Shown here in pieces: positions 23,365 through 37,300 of a stretch of DNA of 64,000 bases. The position numbers and the translations under genes were made by a program. The notes below the pieces were generated by a model. It was not told the origin of the DNA. It saw nothing but the letters and a program-made list of their open reading frames with translations, and ran no database searches. How positions within the stretch are numbered: position 1 is the stretch's first letter; the number at the start of each line of letters is the position of its first letter. This stretch comes from Asterias rubens. Its lineage: Eukaryota. Where the stretch lies: NCBI RefSeq assembly GCF_902459465.1, contig NC_047076.1, positions 4,402,001 through 4,466,000 of the forward strand, given 5' to 3'.

Positions 23365-26300
23365 TCACCACCATTTTTCACAATGAATTTGGTCTTCTCT
23401 GATGCCACATTCTTCTAAGTGTGTCTCAATGTCTGCTATCATGGGTGGTGGCCCACAGATGAAGCAACGAAGGTTCTCCTTGTCCAGTCTCTGTATTGCA
23501 GTTGCTATTGCTTCGGAGTCGATGCGTTTATCTGGAGCAAGAAAGTTTGAAAAAAATATGTACTGCTCAAATCAAGAGAACTGAACTACAAAGACAATGA
23601 TAATATTAATGTGCGTTCATCACTGTTTCCTTGAAGAGATACCTCTTAAAAAAGTCAGTGTTTTTACACGCTTTGGACATTATCATTGACATCAACATTT
23701 CCCGAAGGCTGAAATCATAAAATGTTACAGTTTAGTAATTACACTAATTAGCACAAAAACAATTTACAGTTAACAGTTTTCACGAACAGTTACATGGCAA
23801 TGTGCAATTTTTTACATCAAAGGACATATATGTACATGTAGCGCTTGCACAATCCCCAAACCAAATACTCTACATTAAGAGTTTTCACAAAGAGACACTT
23901 TGTGTGAGCTACATGTAGATACAATTAAGTTTTCACAGACACTTTCGTACATTGGTTTGTAAACAGTATAAAGTATTAATATATTATTATAAAAATGGCA
24001 AACAGTGTCCAAAACAATGACTTCAAAAATAGTTTTTACTTCACACGCAGTTTTCTCCAATTGTATCAATAAATATGAAATTGGGCCCAGATTAAAATAA
24101 ACTTACCTGATATGTGGGTAGATGGTGTAATCTTCTCTTTTGTGACAAAGAAGTGGCAGTTGATGTCCTCTGCCCCGGAAGCAATGGCCTCAATTGACTC
24201 CTGACAACCACATTCGAAAAATAATACTTTAATAATGCTATATACATGTATGCAATTAAACATGCCAACTTAACAGTACACTGAATCACAGTACTAGGAA
24301 AACTAACGCAACAAAAGTGAGCTGTCAGATGGTACTATTTCTCTGGAGGATTGGTTCTGGTATGAGGGGTCATAATCAGACTTGGGGGGGGGGGGGTCAT
24401 AATCATTAATCCTGTACTCTTCCTAGTCAGCTTGGGCGATACCATGATATTATCGAATATCGTGATACTAATTTGGAAACGATTTTGATATCGGATCGAT
24501 TTGGTTTTAATCGAAATATTGATAAATCGCAATATCGATCAAGTATCGCAATGTATTTCCTAGCCGAGACATCTTGCACCCCAATAGGTTTCGAGTAAAA
24601 CCTGAAGAATAGGTCATTAGAACACCTCTCTTATGCTATGTCTGTCTCTTCTACAACTTTCACTGGGAGTTTGAAGACTGATGATGTCAAATTTAATTAA
24701 TCGCGATTATATCGAATATCACGATATTGTAAATGATATATCGGGGAAAAAAATAAATCGATATCGTCAAGCTTACTTCCTAGTACCTACCTTGAAAATA
24801 AGTTCCTTCATACTAGAGGCACTATAAAGAAGCTCTACTTTCCCTGGTTTATAAGCCGTTGGGTCATTCATCCTCTCTTGATGTAAATCTCTGACCTGCT
24901 GAAGGATGGAGTACATTGGGTTGATGCCAATACCTCCTGCTAAGAGTAGAACATCCCAACTAGGATCTCCAGGTGAGGGGTCATAGTTTATCTGATCGCC
25001 ACCGACACGAACGCCAACTACGTCTCCCACTTCGCACTGAAAACACAAATACATTCACTCTTACGTCCGGTTCAGACCTTGATCCAACTTCATAGAGCTG
25101 CTTAAGCACAAAAAGTAGCTAAGCACAACAACATGCTTACCAAAATAAGTATACATGTGACTGGTATCCTGCTCATGTTTGCTTAGCAGAACAATGTTTT
25201 AAAAGCAATATTTTCTGCTTTAAAAAAGCAGCTCTACGAAACTGGGCCCTGAGCATTACTTTGTTTGCAAAATAAATAGCGACCCTCTAACTATTATAAG
25301 TTTTCTACTCTACAGGCCAAATAATAAAAATCATAATGCAGAGACATGGGAAGGAACTCGGGTCTCTAATTAAAACGGACAAGCATAAACCAAAATACAA
25401 ACGATGCAAAAAAGCCAACGATGCAAAAAAGCCATTATAATGTTGTCTAAAATATAAAGTGACTTCCTGTACTTGTTTTAATCCTCCAATAGACCCTCAC
25501 AACGCACAGCGCACATACACACGCATCTCCTGTTCGCCATTTTGTGTGCCAAAACATGTACAAAAGGAATGGACTCCCCCAAAAAGGCAGAAATTGTAGA
25601 CTCGCATTGCTTGGAGGTGTGTGAACATGTATACTCACATTGTATGCACATTTTGACAAACACAAAATGGCTGACAAGAGACACCCGTGTATTTTCGCTG
25701 CGCAGTGAGCAAAGGGTCTACATGTATTACCAAATTACTGTACAAAATACAGAAGAGGTCATCACACAAAGCACAGCACAGCAAATGAAAAGACTTAATT
25801 TAAAGGTCACCCAAGGCATAGCTGGCTACACACACAGAGGCTGGCAATACACAAGTTTACAAAATATCCGATCCAAATGCAGCTCTACACATCACAATAT
25901 TTCTCTTAAATGTATTTAGATGATTTTACAAAAAGGAATACATGTACTCACAGAGAGTACTGGGACACTTTTTTTCCCTAATGACTAGTATTTGGAACAC
26001 GGGGGGATCCATGCTCCCCTCAAAATGGAAAGAAATACCAAAACAAAACTAAATGTGCTCTCTCATGCTCAAAGCTACAGAAGAAAAAGTGTGAGTTTAC
26101 CTGTTTACAGGTCGCGACCCCAAAGTTAACTTTTCATTATGAATGATGTAAATCACAAAGTTGAATTGACAGTTGAAAACTGAGGACGCACTTGTGCTCC
26201 CTACAATAATAACAGACATTTGTAGTGCGCCATGTCTGTCAGAAAGACACTCTGCTAATGTCGGTGCTTAAAGCCCAAGACTGAATGAAATTTCAAGTTA

Positions 26301-29300
26301 GTTTTGAAGCTGGAGAGAGTGCCTACTAGTCAGAGGTTCAGTGGAAAAGCATCCCAAAGAAATCAGTTAGAACACCCCAGGGGCCGGCCAAATTTCATAG
26401 AGTTGTTTAAGCACGAAAAGCAGCTAAGCACAATAAAATCATGCTTACCAGAATAAGAATACCAACCAAACAAGCAGCTCTACGAAATTGGGCACTGACA
26501 TCAGGCAAGCACCAACCCCAAAAAATGTTTTCTACCTACTCTACTTTCATGATTGACGCTATTGAACTTGTCACAGCACACACATTCAGGGGCTCTGCAC
26601 GATACAAAGCACCACCATGAGTTCAGAGAAGGCTTCCTTTCAGGTGCAGTTATCACAGTCCACATACATGTACAGGGTGTTTAAAAAAAACTATACACTT
26701 TTGAAATGGCTGCCAAATAACAATATTTATGATTCTGGGGGAAAAGGTTTAGATGTATGGACAGCTTATAAATGGGCTCACATTATATGACACCAAAAAG
26801 TCTGAAAATACTTCATGGTTGGGTGAGCACTGCTCACTTTTGTAGGGTATGAAAATCAGGTTGCGCGGTAAACGGCCTTCCAATTTGTAAGAGGTTAGTC
26901 CTTTGGAGCTGACAAAATTCACTCCAAGATGTCGGCTACTTATTCTTCAGTGAGCAGTGCTCACCCAAGCATGAATTATTTTCAGACTTTTTGGTGTCAT
27001 ATGAAAGTTGAATCCATAAGCTATCCATACATCTAAACCTTCAAAAGTGTGTAGTTTTTTTTAGACACACAGTATTTCCAAATTGGTACAAAGTGCATTT
27101 TGTGAAAAAAGCAACTGCAAACTCCTGGTGGTGCTCTGTATCCATGACAGACACATCAACTCCCCTACCTTTGTATGAACCCAAAATGCTGGGGCGTATT
27201 CACTGTACTTGATTACTAGCCCCAATTGGGAATCTGTCCGCAACAGTTTGGGAGATGTGCACATAGAATAGCCGCCTACTGTTCGGACGCCCGAAATGAA
27301 AAAGTCAACCCTTCAACGAAGTAAAACAGAAAGACATTAAGAATTTTGATCCAAACCTTCCAAAAGATGGGTGTAACTAAGTAAAGTCTCTCCCTTGTCT
27401 CCCACAACATCAGGGATGTGATAGGCTGTTGAAAAAAACTGTGAGCACAAAGCATGAAAGCTTGCGAGAATGAAAGCTTTTGAGCGCAAAAAGTGAAAGC
27501 TTGCAAGCGCAAAAGCTAGCGAGCGTGAAGCCTGCTTTATACATTAATCATTAGTTTTAAAAGCTCTACTTTGCAATCTGGGGGCATTTCATATAGTTTT
27601 TATCTTCATGTTTTTAAATTAATCTTAATCACAAAAAGGAAGACAAAAACTACATTGTATCCCAGTTGTTTTTTTTGGCAGGGGGGGGGGGGTAAAAACA
27701 AAATGGATTTTCAGTTTGAAAGGGAGAAATCACATCCCTGATAATATTAGTTAGTAGAAAGTCTTCCTACATGTGTAAAGTGTATGTGTACAGTGGGAGG
27801 AGTCCTGCACAGTGGGAGGCGTCTCACTAGTGCAAGTTTTGACTGTACCTGTGTGTGGACCCATAAGGTTGGAGGGTGATCACTTTTCTGTACGGCAAGA
27901 TCAAAAGTGCCTTCCTCTTGGAAAGTTCTCATTGTTGTACTCATGGAAAAGCCAGTGAAACTATCCATCCCTGGTATGAAGAAGTCCACCCTAAACAGGG
28001 GGCAAGCACACCAATGGCTTGTTTTAGAGAGATGTTACATCATTGAGCAAGTTCTGCTGAGCGACTAGACCTAACCAGAGCCGTGTATTGGAGACCAGAA
28101 ACTGAGACAGAGCTCTCAAATTGACCAAAGTCAATCTCACTGCTGGTTGTGGTTAGGCTAGTCGGTCTAGTCATGTCTAGTTCGCCAACCCAACCAGCTC
28201 CTTGGTGACATTCCCCATCAAAATAGACGCGCCAATTGCAACTATTAAGTTTTATTTGTGGTTTATTGTTAGCGGTAAAACTTTGGGTAACAATTTAATA
28301 CACTGCTCTAGAATTGCAAGGGTCGTGGGTTTGAATCCCACCCGAGTAACATGCCTGTGATATTTTTCACAGGACTCGGGAAAGTACTGAGTATACAGTG
28401 AAATGGGTAAAAACCAAAATTAATATTCTTTATCCCCGATACAATTATTTGACATCTCTTATAATTTAATAGCGGATGACATTTTCCGCATCATTGACAC
28501 AAGAAAACCTTTGGTCAGTTGCTAAGTCCCTGCAAGATCACTCGGCTAGAGCCCTTTTCACGTTCTATCTGTCATCCACGGTGAATGCAGCCCAGGGGAG
28601 GCCCCAGGAGTTTGTTTACCCCAATTTCACCCTGACACGCTTTCACTGTCCCTATAGATTCTACAGGGTTCCTGCTTCTAGGGTGTATGCCCATTTGCGT
28701 TGCCGGGGCAGACTGGGGATGAAGGGATCATAGTGTGAAAAGGCTTGATAAAGGCCAAGTCACACTGCAGCGATAACAAAAACGATAACGATAATGACGC
28801 AAAGAGAACGTATTCTATTGGTTGAATTGCTCCACGCAGAATAAGCCCACGCTTATTCAACCAATCGAGGGCATGCATTTTTATCAGTCTCGTTTTTGTT
28901 ATTGGGGCCTGTGTGACCGGCCTTAAGAGTGTGAAAAGGGCCTAACTTTTCTCAGGTAGCCTTCAGCCAAACTACTCAGGCACACCCAAACATAGAGAAC
29001 AAAAAGTGCTTGTCCCCATGCAATGTGGTTCCATACACTTAGCAGAACCACTGGTTCCCCATTTGAAATGACAAAGAATTAATAAAGCCTGGTTCATACT
29101 TTCTATGAATTGCTAAAAGTTTTGAAGTCACATGGCTGTTTTGCAGCTAATGTTTCGCAGGAGTTGAGCACAAGTCAACTGGTGCAAATAATTCTTTGTG
29201 GATTCGTCGCGCCAAAATTTGTGTAACATTAGCATTCGCAGGAAGTGTGAAAAACCAGGTTTTTTAGTAGAGAAAGAAAAACAGTTACCATTGTCCTGCT

Positions 29301-31285
29301 TTGAAATGGAAATTAGGATTGGCGACTTTCAATGTCAAGAATTTCACTGAAGGTGAAACTTCTTTTAGTTCAGTTACAGTAGCATTGCTGATACCCTGAA
29401 ATGAAAAAAAAAACCAAGAAAAGAAGTCAATCGAACCGCCTGCCAAAAGCAAATTTGTTCACGTTTACTTGACGTGTTCCCATTGGAGTTTTTGAAACTC
29501 CGCTGCCATGCGGAAAATTACAGTGACTGGCTTTGGTATAATTCTACTGTGCTTTCCCACCTAGACCGCATGACGCATGAATAGCGTTTTAAAAAAGACT
29601 GAATTTCAAGTGTTGATTTTGGGTCGCACAAATATCTTTCAATCCTGCCAGGCATCACCCATAAAACTGCAGAGATAAATCTTCCCTCGGTGTTTTCTTT
29701 AAATGAAACAGTTTAACTGTAGATGATAAAACCATGTTCTTAGTTCCTTTTCATTTTGATCCCTGCCTTGTAAATAAAATCCCGGTCCAGTAAAGATTCT
29801 GAGCTACAAGTCATGTGGTCTTGCACCCTCAACTTATATATCCTGTGAGGAGTTTGTTGCAGTATTTGACAGATACAGAAACTTAAAGATGCTATGTCAG
29901 ATTTTTGGCCCCAAACATTAAAAAATAGATTTATTTTGAGTGAATGTAATTTCAAAGAGTATCACCCGCTCTAACGAAAACAAGTTTAACTTTTACTTTT
30001 AATTATCAGGAACCATGACAAAAATTTAAAACGTTTCTTATAAAACACATAAGAACTGGTCACGTGATATATTGTCGGGATCCCGACAAAAACAAATTTT
30101 GAGCACTTTATTTCACTGCTAATAATTGGCGGACTTTTTCAAGCAATGGCTCTAATGAAAGCTTGTAACTTTCTCGACCCCCATCAAAATACATTGAATT
30201 TTAAATCGGCCAAAAATCTTTAGCATCTTTAAGTCAAGGTAGATTTCTCAGTACATGTATTAGTGTATCTTAAAAATTAAAGGCAGCTTTTGAATATTAT
30301 GTGCAATTCTTACCGGTTGCCTGAAGTTATGTGCTGTTCTGTCAAGATGATCACTCATTCTTCTGCCAAAATTTTTCCTACTGGAGAAATGTATTGCAAT
30401 TCTATCATTATTATTACTTTAGAAGTAAACCTGAAAACCTCTTTGTACACTGGAGTGAATTTCCTGTTTAACATTTGAAAAAAGGAACGAACCTCATTAG
30501 TTCTATCTAGCCGACATACGTAACGTATTATTATCAATTCTTGTCTGTTATTTATCATTATAAAAAATATACTCAAATCACTCTCAGTCCACCAACAGTG
30601 TGACACTGTCCCCTGCTGTGGTTGAGTGAAGCCTGCTGGTTCAATACTTCCTGTGAATGCGAAGCGAATGTTGACGTGACAAAATTCGCAATGAATATTG
30701 CACAGCAGTTCAGCTCTGCTCAACGCACTTTGGAATAACACTGCAAAAGGATAGTTGTGATGTCAAGTTCGCTTCGAACCGGGCTTTAGACTAGACCATG
30801 GAGGACTCCATGACTAGACCCAGTAACTGGGGCGCTGTATTCCTTTTTTCAATCAAACCCAGTTACTCATTCTCGCTGGGTCTCCCAGCTTTAGACCAAC
30901 TTATAAACATAATAATATGCTTAAATTATCCCCCTTTAATTATCATGGTGTGTGTCTGTTCCTTGCTCTATGGTGAGACATGGTGAGACCATGGAGGTAA
31001 CACCCATGGTGAGACTTTGATATCTACCTCCATGCTTTGATATATAAAATCACTAACCATTCACAAGCTAAGTCTGTAAATGGAAAACTAAAAAATAATT
31101 GTATTTGTAACAACAAGACTTGCCAAGATTTTTTGTTTTTAGTTAGACCATGTACTATGTAGACCTTACCTGCTAGTGCTAGTGCTAGTTGTAAAATCAA
31201 ATGCACTTGAAGAGAGTTTATTAACAGTGGCTTGTCGTGAACAAGATGAATTCAACCGATGTAGAATAGAGTGCAGTATAGACAT
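23365..31285 (-). CDS. OXNAD1: Oxidoreductase NAD-binding domain-containing protein 1 (FNR-like), 312 aa
   Basis: Exons 31285-31170, 30380-30314, 29395-29289, 27990-27849, 25036-24791, 24200-24107, 23531-23365 (939 nt, all GT-AG, phases match). Motifs DHLDRTA, FKAGQWVDFF, LLAGGIGINP, ELLYSA, CFICGPPPM, C-terminal CEKWW. Confidence 0.95.
24430..24774. mobile_element. hAT-like MITE rich in ATATCG/CGATA subterminal repeats
   Basis: Ends GCTTGGGCGATA / TATCGTCAAGC; dense CGAT motifs. Confidence 0.6.
25489..25721. mobile_element. ATAGACC-ended MITE; similar ends at 45828-46051, 58810-59025, 59128-59272
   Basis: Inverted termini, e.g. ATAGACCCTTCCCATGAAATATG / CATATTTCATGGGAAGGGTC; ATAGACGATGTGACCT / AGGTCACATCGTCT; ATAGACCTTATCGCAAATACC / GGTATTTGCGAAAAGGTCTAT. 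Confidence 0.65.
26673..27072. mobile_element. Tc1/mariner-type foldback MITE, TA-flanked
   Basis: TA|CAGGGTGT start; long inverted arms (GACACCAAAAAGTCTGAAAATA, GGGTGAGCACTGCTCAC); right arm has an internal deletion of about 40 bp. Confidence 0.75.
28295..28470 (+). mobile_element. tRNA-derived SINE, second family; copies 62028-62184 (-), fragments 34960-35180 and 58310-58345
   Basis: CACTGCTCTAGAAT.GCAAGGGTCGTGGGTT..AATCCCACCC.AGTAACATGCCTGTGATA ... GGACTCGGGAAAGTACTGAGTATACAG; the 62-kb copy keeps an A-box-like TAGTCTAGTTGG. Confidence 0.75.
28752..28923. mobile_element. Harbinger/Tourist-type MITE with TAA TSD; inverted copy 41392-41564
   Basis: Ends AGGCC.AGTC.CAC ... GTG.GACCG.GCCT; TAA on both flanks of both copies; inner CTATTGGTT / AACCAAT arms. 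Confidence 0.75.
29087..29260. mobile_element. MITE; related copy about 30631-30786
   Basis: GCCTGGTTCATACTT ... GCATTCGCAGGAAGTGTGAAAAACCAGG. Confidence 0.5.
29887..30228. mobile_element. TTAA-flanked Kolobok/T2-like MITE
   Basis: TTAA|AGATGCTATGTCAGATTTTTGGCC ... GGCCAAAAATCTTTAGCATCT|TTAA. Confidence 0.75.
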
Positions 31286-31408
31286 ATTATAACGTTTTCT
31301 AATCTAATTTGTCGACAGGACATCAACAACACTCCAACAGAGCAGCAGTCAGCCGGCCATCGATCGGGATACAAAATCACCAAGCAGCTAGCTGCCTGAA
31401 GAATTGGG

Positions 31409-31861
31409 ACTTGCCGTCAACTCGCTGTCAACTCACTTGCGCCGTCAACTCGCCGTCAACTCCTCCAATATACATTTAAAATCCACAAAAGAAACATAGA
31501 ACTGTAAAGTATCAGCTCAAAGAGAATTCGCGAAAGTTTTAGGTCATATTTCGGAATAAAAATTGAGTTTTTTTCTCGTGAAAAAATTATCTCGAAACAG
31601 CAAAACCGTCGGCCGCCATCTTGCTTTTTGACATTGATTAGTCTTGGCCCAAGATGTCAATGATTGGTACTTTTTTTTTATCAACACAAAGTCGTTTTTG
31701 TGAATGAATTTTTTACCGAAAACCATGAGAAATATGTAGTTTAGCCCCGACTTAACACTTCCGTGTCCCATTTATAAATTTTTCATGTAAATTTAATGAG
31801 TTGACGGCACGAAAATGAGTTGACGGCGAGTTGACGGTAAGTCGGCGAGTGGACGGCAAGT
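31409..31861. mobile_element. Inverted-repeat element with GAGTTGACGG subterminal repeats just upstream of OXNAD1
   Basis: ACTTGCCGTC / GACGGCAAGT termini; 4 GTCAACTC on the left arm, 3-4 inverse copies on the right. Confidence 0.65.
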
Positions 31862-33615
31862 AGTACAAGTGGGTAGGACCGGAAGAATTCAAGCGCAGCT
31901 ACCTAGCCGCGAATTCCCAGCCGCGAACGCCCAATTTACGGCCGAAAATTCCAGCCGCTAATTCGAGAGGCCGGCCGGCCATTATATGGCAGCCGCGAAT
32001 TTCAAACTATAGTCTCACAGCGATAAAAATTACTAACTAACTTGAATGATTCACATTATTTTAGTAAATATAACCTAAACTTTGTCTAAACAAGGTGGTT
32101 TTGCAAAAGTAAGGACAATATGACTAATCTGGACAAAATTAGGTCAAAATAACTGATTGTTTAATGCTTATTCGATCTGTCAAAAGTTAATAAATTAACA
32201 TAACCAACTTTCTGAATATCTGTTTTCTTGGAAAAGAAAAAGCGTTGCTTTCACCTTAAATTCATCCATACAGAATATTACACAACAATAATTCAACAAA
32301 TTTTTATCAAATTCAGCTTTTTTTGTGGGTTTGGGGGGGGGGGGGGGGGGTGGGGTGGAAGCCTCACACATTAATACTAGACTACCGGACTACGGCATGG
32401 TGGGAGTATGCGAGGTTTGCCAAAGCACCATGTAAAAATAATGTCTTTTGAGAAATGTTGGTTGTAAAAAGAATCGGTGGTTGACAACTCAACGTTTCGA
32501 TCAGTATGACCTTCTCCTGGAAAAGATCGGAGCATCTGATAGAAACGTTGAGTTGTGCAACTACCGGGTCTATTTTTTTTCAGAACCAAGTTCTCAAAGA
32601 GATGTTTCACCTATCTCACCTACCTGTGTGCTGTATATACTCCCCCAGCAGGCTGGGAGATAGGAAAGATTAAAGGGATGTTATTGGCCCAATGACCAGG
32701 GTTCCATGGAGCAATATTTTATTGCACCATGATGAGGGCACTAATGTAAAGCGCATACTGTTTCTGTAAAATGACTTATTATTACTTATTTATTATCCAT
32801 ACTAATTATTGACAACTTTACATGCTATAAATCACTCCGTATCAAGAGAACGAAGGTGGGTTCACCAGACGCAAACTAGGCCCTCAAAACTTTTACGATA
32901 AATGTTGATACTGTACTGTTAATTTTCATAAAACATTATATGGCATTTTAAACACATGGACCCTGTATTTTACATAGTACACAAGTTAATTAAAGTAATG
33001 CTTTTTGGCTCAATAGCAACATTCTTACAAACACATGGCATCCCTTTATTAAAATAAAAACCAACAAGGGCATAATGTTTATATACAATCAAATCAAACA
33101 AAAACGTTTTGTTAATATTTATATGACCATGTTAAACTTCCTTCATAGGTAGTACAACAGGCTACACTAGGCAAATTTAATTCACAACTTTCATGAAACT
33201 ATGTTCATTTTTCAGTGTATTAATCGAGAGTGATTTACTGTGACCCGTCTTTTCTTTTAGTTAAACAAGCAGACAAACAAACAAACAAACAAACAAACGT
33301 TTGAGAAATTGTACACAATCAAAAATCACTAAATAAACAATTACTAAGGATTCTATTTTTGGCACTCCCAAAAGGACAGTTTACTGTATCAATTTCTTCC
33401 ATTTTAAAGTATCAGATGCCTTGAAATCAGAGGCAGATTCACCATGACGATTTGGCTGCCGATGCTGCATACTCCACGAGTTGAGAAGGTTTCAGGAATG
33501 GCAAAATGAACAAGGGTGGTAAATATAGTTTACTACCATGTTTTAAAAGTACTTAATAATTATGCCTATTATAATTTTTTATTTTAACAGCACCCACGAG
33601 TGATACATACCTTAA

Positions 33616-33986
33616 AGCCATTGGACACTTTCGGTAAACAGTATTGTCCAAAGGCCCACACTTCGTGTATCACAACTTATATATAAAATAAAAAACCTGT
33701 GAAAATTTAGGCTCAATCGGTCATCGGAGTCGGGAGAAAAAAATGGGAAAACTCACCCTTGTTTCCGCATGTTTCGCCGCGTCATGACATGTGTTTTAAA
33801 CAAATCCGTAATTCGCGCTATCGAGAATTGATAATTGTTAATGTTTTCTCAAATAATAAAGCATTTCATGAAATAATATTTCAAGAGAAGTCTTTCACCA
33901 TTATATTACCTTCTGTAAACCCTGTAAGTTATTTGTAAATCTGTGAACTTTTTGTTTGTTTTCTGTTCCGAAAGTGTATAATGGCT
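33616..33986. mobile_element. TTAA-flanked Kolobok/T2-like MITE
   Basis: TTAA|AGCCATTGGACACTTTCGG ... CCGAAAGTGTATAATGGCT|TTAA. Confidence 0.8.
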
Positions 33987-34351
33987 TTAAACAAACAAAT
34001 ACCTGCACTCTTTACAGAACTTTATACACCGGGCTCGGTAAACACTAGACACCTTTTATTTGCACCGCAAAAGTTTTTGTGCACTAGTGGGGAAAATGAC
34101 ATTGACTTACAAGGTAATTCCCTCGTTCTTGGCAGAGTGTGTATGTGTAACCCTACGCCAACACTAGACAATTTACCTGTAAAAAGATGGCACAAATAAT
34201 GCCGAACTGGTCTTTATAACTTCAAACAATAATGTTAAATAACTCTGCACAAAAAATTAGACTTGGGCATGAAGAAATCATGAACCTATATTCTTTGGTT
34301 CTAAAGAGGTGGAATGAAGGCAAGTCATGGCTGACAAAAAACTTAAGTGTG

Positions 34352-37300
34352 TCAAAGTTTAAGAATGATATAAACGCTATTTTTAAAGACTTCTCTGAAA
34401 AATGGGGCGGGGTTCCTTCGGAGTTTGATGCAAGCTGGCTCCTTCTTAGCATTCACTTTATCCTCGATATCCCAGATCTCTGGCAGGCTGCATCCGGGCC
34501 TAGAATAATAATAACAACAACAAATAAATAAATAATTGAAATAACAATGGACAGATGTTCCTGGACAGATGTTCCTGGACAGATAAACATTTAGTACAAC
34601 CATGGTACAACCAAACAAGACAAGTGTGAAGCAGACGAGACAAGTGTAAGACAAAGCGAATAACTTACAATACGCTTAAGTTTATGAATACAAGTTATTA
34701 AAGGAACTGAGCTCTTAAGTTGTTAACAAAGACAGATAGAGAGGTAGATGATTCAAGAGATCTTCACTTATACCCTGATCTGCGCACACACCAGGATTCT
34801 TCAAGGACGGCATAGTCAGCCTTAAGGTCTCTGATACCATTGTACACCTCCTCAATGGGTTTCCGACTGTACATTGAGTACACAACCTTAGTACGAGCTC
34901 TGGAGAGAGACACAACAAGATAAAATATTAAATAGATGGAAATTTGCAAGAGGGATAAAGAATACTCATTTTGGTTTTATCCATTATACACCAATGTTAG
35001 TTAGCACTTCATACTTGGTACTTTCCCGAGCTCTGTGAAAAAAAACACAGGCATTTTACTCGGGGGGGGGGGGGGGGGGGGGGATTCAAAACCCACAACC
35101 TTTGCAATTTTTTTTACAGAGCTCGGGAAAGTACTGAGTATACAGAAAAACAAACATCAGTGTATATGGGTACAACCAAAACTAAGAAAAGTCATGATTG
35201 GTAAACACAAATGCCCTGCAAACCTGTCTGATTCTTTGACCTCAGTGGTCCAAAAATAAATGGCTCTTGGGGTTTCCAAGACCAATCTAAGAGCAAGTTC
35301 GAGTGCGCACATTTAGTCCACCAGTGGTCGACCACAGACTAGCAACACACATGCGCAGTGACGTACTCACCCGAACAACTCGTTTGGTAGTCTAGTCAAC
35401 CTTCCACCTGTTGCTAAAGTATCACTTGTTCCCCTCTGCGCTTAACACATGTTAGAATGGAACATGCTGTTGGGACCAGTGAAGAAACCATGGGCTCGAG
35501 GCTGGTTCCAAATGATCAACCACAGTAGTCAACCAATGGTCGACCAGCCTGGGTTCGAGTCAAAATGGTCAACCTTTAGTTAACCATTGTGCACACTCGA
35601 ACTTGCTCTATATTGTTCAACAAGCTTGGTGCACTTTACCCGGACAATGGTGCTTAACAATTTTCTATTGAGCATAGTGAATGTCCAAAAAATAATGACA
35701 TAATTTTGGTGTGATTGACTTACCTTAAGCGGGAATCTTCATAATGTGGATGGTTGACCACAGGTCTGAGTGTGGATAGTTTGACCGAAGCCATGGTGGG
35801 CATAGGACCAGCAAACACAGCATCTAGACAAGTAGATGAAAAGTGGACTACATTAATTGATGTAGAGTACAATTCATGTAGAGCCCATGTACAGCCCATG
35901 TACAGCCCATAAAATACAGCCGATGCACACCCCGTTTCTTCAATAAACCATTTTCAGAGTAGAATAAACCAATTTGTCTTACTTTGTGGTGTGTTAGCTT
36001 TAATCCATTCCAGCATCTCTTCCTGTGGGGCGTTGCTGAAGTCTCCTTTAATACTCCATTGATGCTGAAGATTGCGAATCCCTCCAATAGACATCAATGC
36101 AATGAGGATAACGATGAGAATCGAGTGTCTGGTCTTATCACGTACATAGCTGAAGATCTGCAACAGTCAAATACAACTAAAAAGTGATGTGTGAAGCTTT
36201 GAATGATGTGAAAGATAACAATAAACTATAAATATAATCTCCTGAAGACGAGCAGAGTGTATTGTTCAAAACGTCGAGACCAAACCGGCTCTTTGCAGAG
36301 CCAACACTCCTCCAAAAGAGAATTATTTCATGGTTAAACCTGCAAGTTTACTATTATTTATAGTTTATTCTCAAAATACAACTACACCCTGACCAAAATC
36401 AAACATCTTGGCTGACAATTAAATAAAGTCATGTGCAAAATGGCAGCTTAAGCAGCGCCAAAGACTGGAACACTACAGCCTTTTACTCTCATAGGTGACT
36501 CTAGTCAACTGCACTCATACCCCTCTTTTTTACCATAGGCAACTTTAGTCTCAGCATCTCAAAATCTCTCATCAAACGTAAAGGAACCCAGTGTACATAT
36601 TGAAAAGAGAGGGGGTTTTGACCCGGTGATCCTGGTTTGATTGACAGAGCATGTTGTGCCACAGCACCTTGTAAACCGTTACATGGTGCTTTGCCAAAGG
36701 AGTAGGTCTCATAATTCAAACGTATTCTAACATACCTTGCAGGACAATACTGTATGTTTACAGCCTGTGTGTCACTGAGTGACAGATATGCCAGCTAAAT
36801 AAGAAGCCACTATTATTATTATCATCTACAAACAGTTGAGTAATAACAAACCTGTCTAGATGCAAGAAGACTTGAAACCAGACAAAGATGCGGGGTGAGG
36901 AACAGTTTGAGTCTCATGATGATGAGAGCCATGGCAAGAAACGCCATCATCTGGAACAGGTGGTACACTAGCTGTAAATAACAAATAATCATTGATTTTG
37001 TCAATACACATCTTAGGGTCTTTGGAGACAGGGATGTAATCCTTTGTTTTTATCCGGAAATCCGTTTTTTTAACCCCCACTAAAAAAATAAACAAAAGCA
37101 ACAAATATTAAAACAAAAAGTAGAAGCGAGCTAAAGTAAATTGAATAATGAGTATCCTCGATCACTGATTGAAAAATAAAACCAGTAGAACAAATTTAGC
37201 ATAAAATCTTACCTCTCCATGGGGCTTTCCTTGAGTATCACTGAAACATGAATAAAAACAAAAACATTACACATATTATGTTAGTAAAAATACAAATTTC

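Noticed and set aside
25542-25919. 125-aa ORF
   Set aside because: Overlaps a MITE in an OXNAD1 intron, antisense, no motif.
30355-30741. 128-aa minus-strand ORF inside OXNAD1 intron 1
   Set aside because: Begins in a MITE, crosses AT-rich intron and overlaps exon 2 out of frame.
31900-34300. Search for DPH3 or another gene between OXNAD1 and DPY19L1
   Set aside because: No CSL zinc-finger or other coding exon found; the region reads as MITEs and DPY19L1 3'UTR.
34232-34531. 99-aa plus-strand ORF antisense to the last DPY19L1 exon
   Set aside because: No recognisable motif or splice partners; explained as a shadow of the coding exon.
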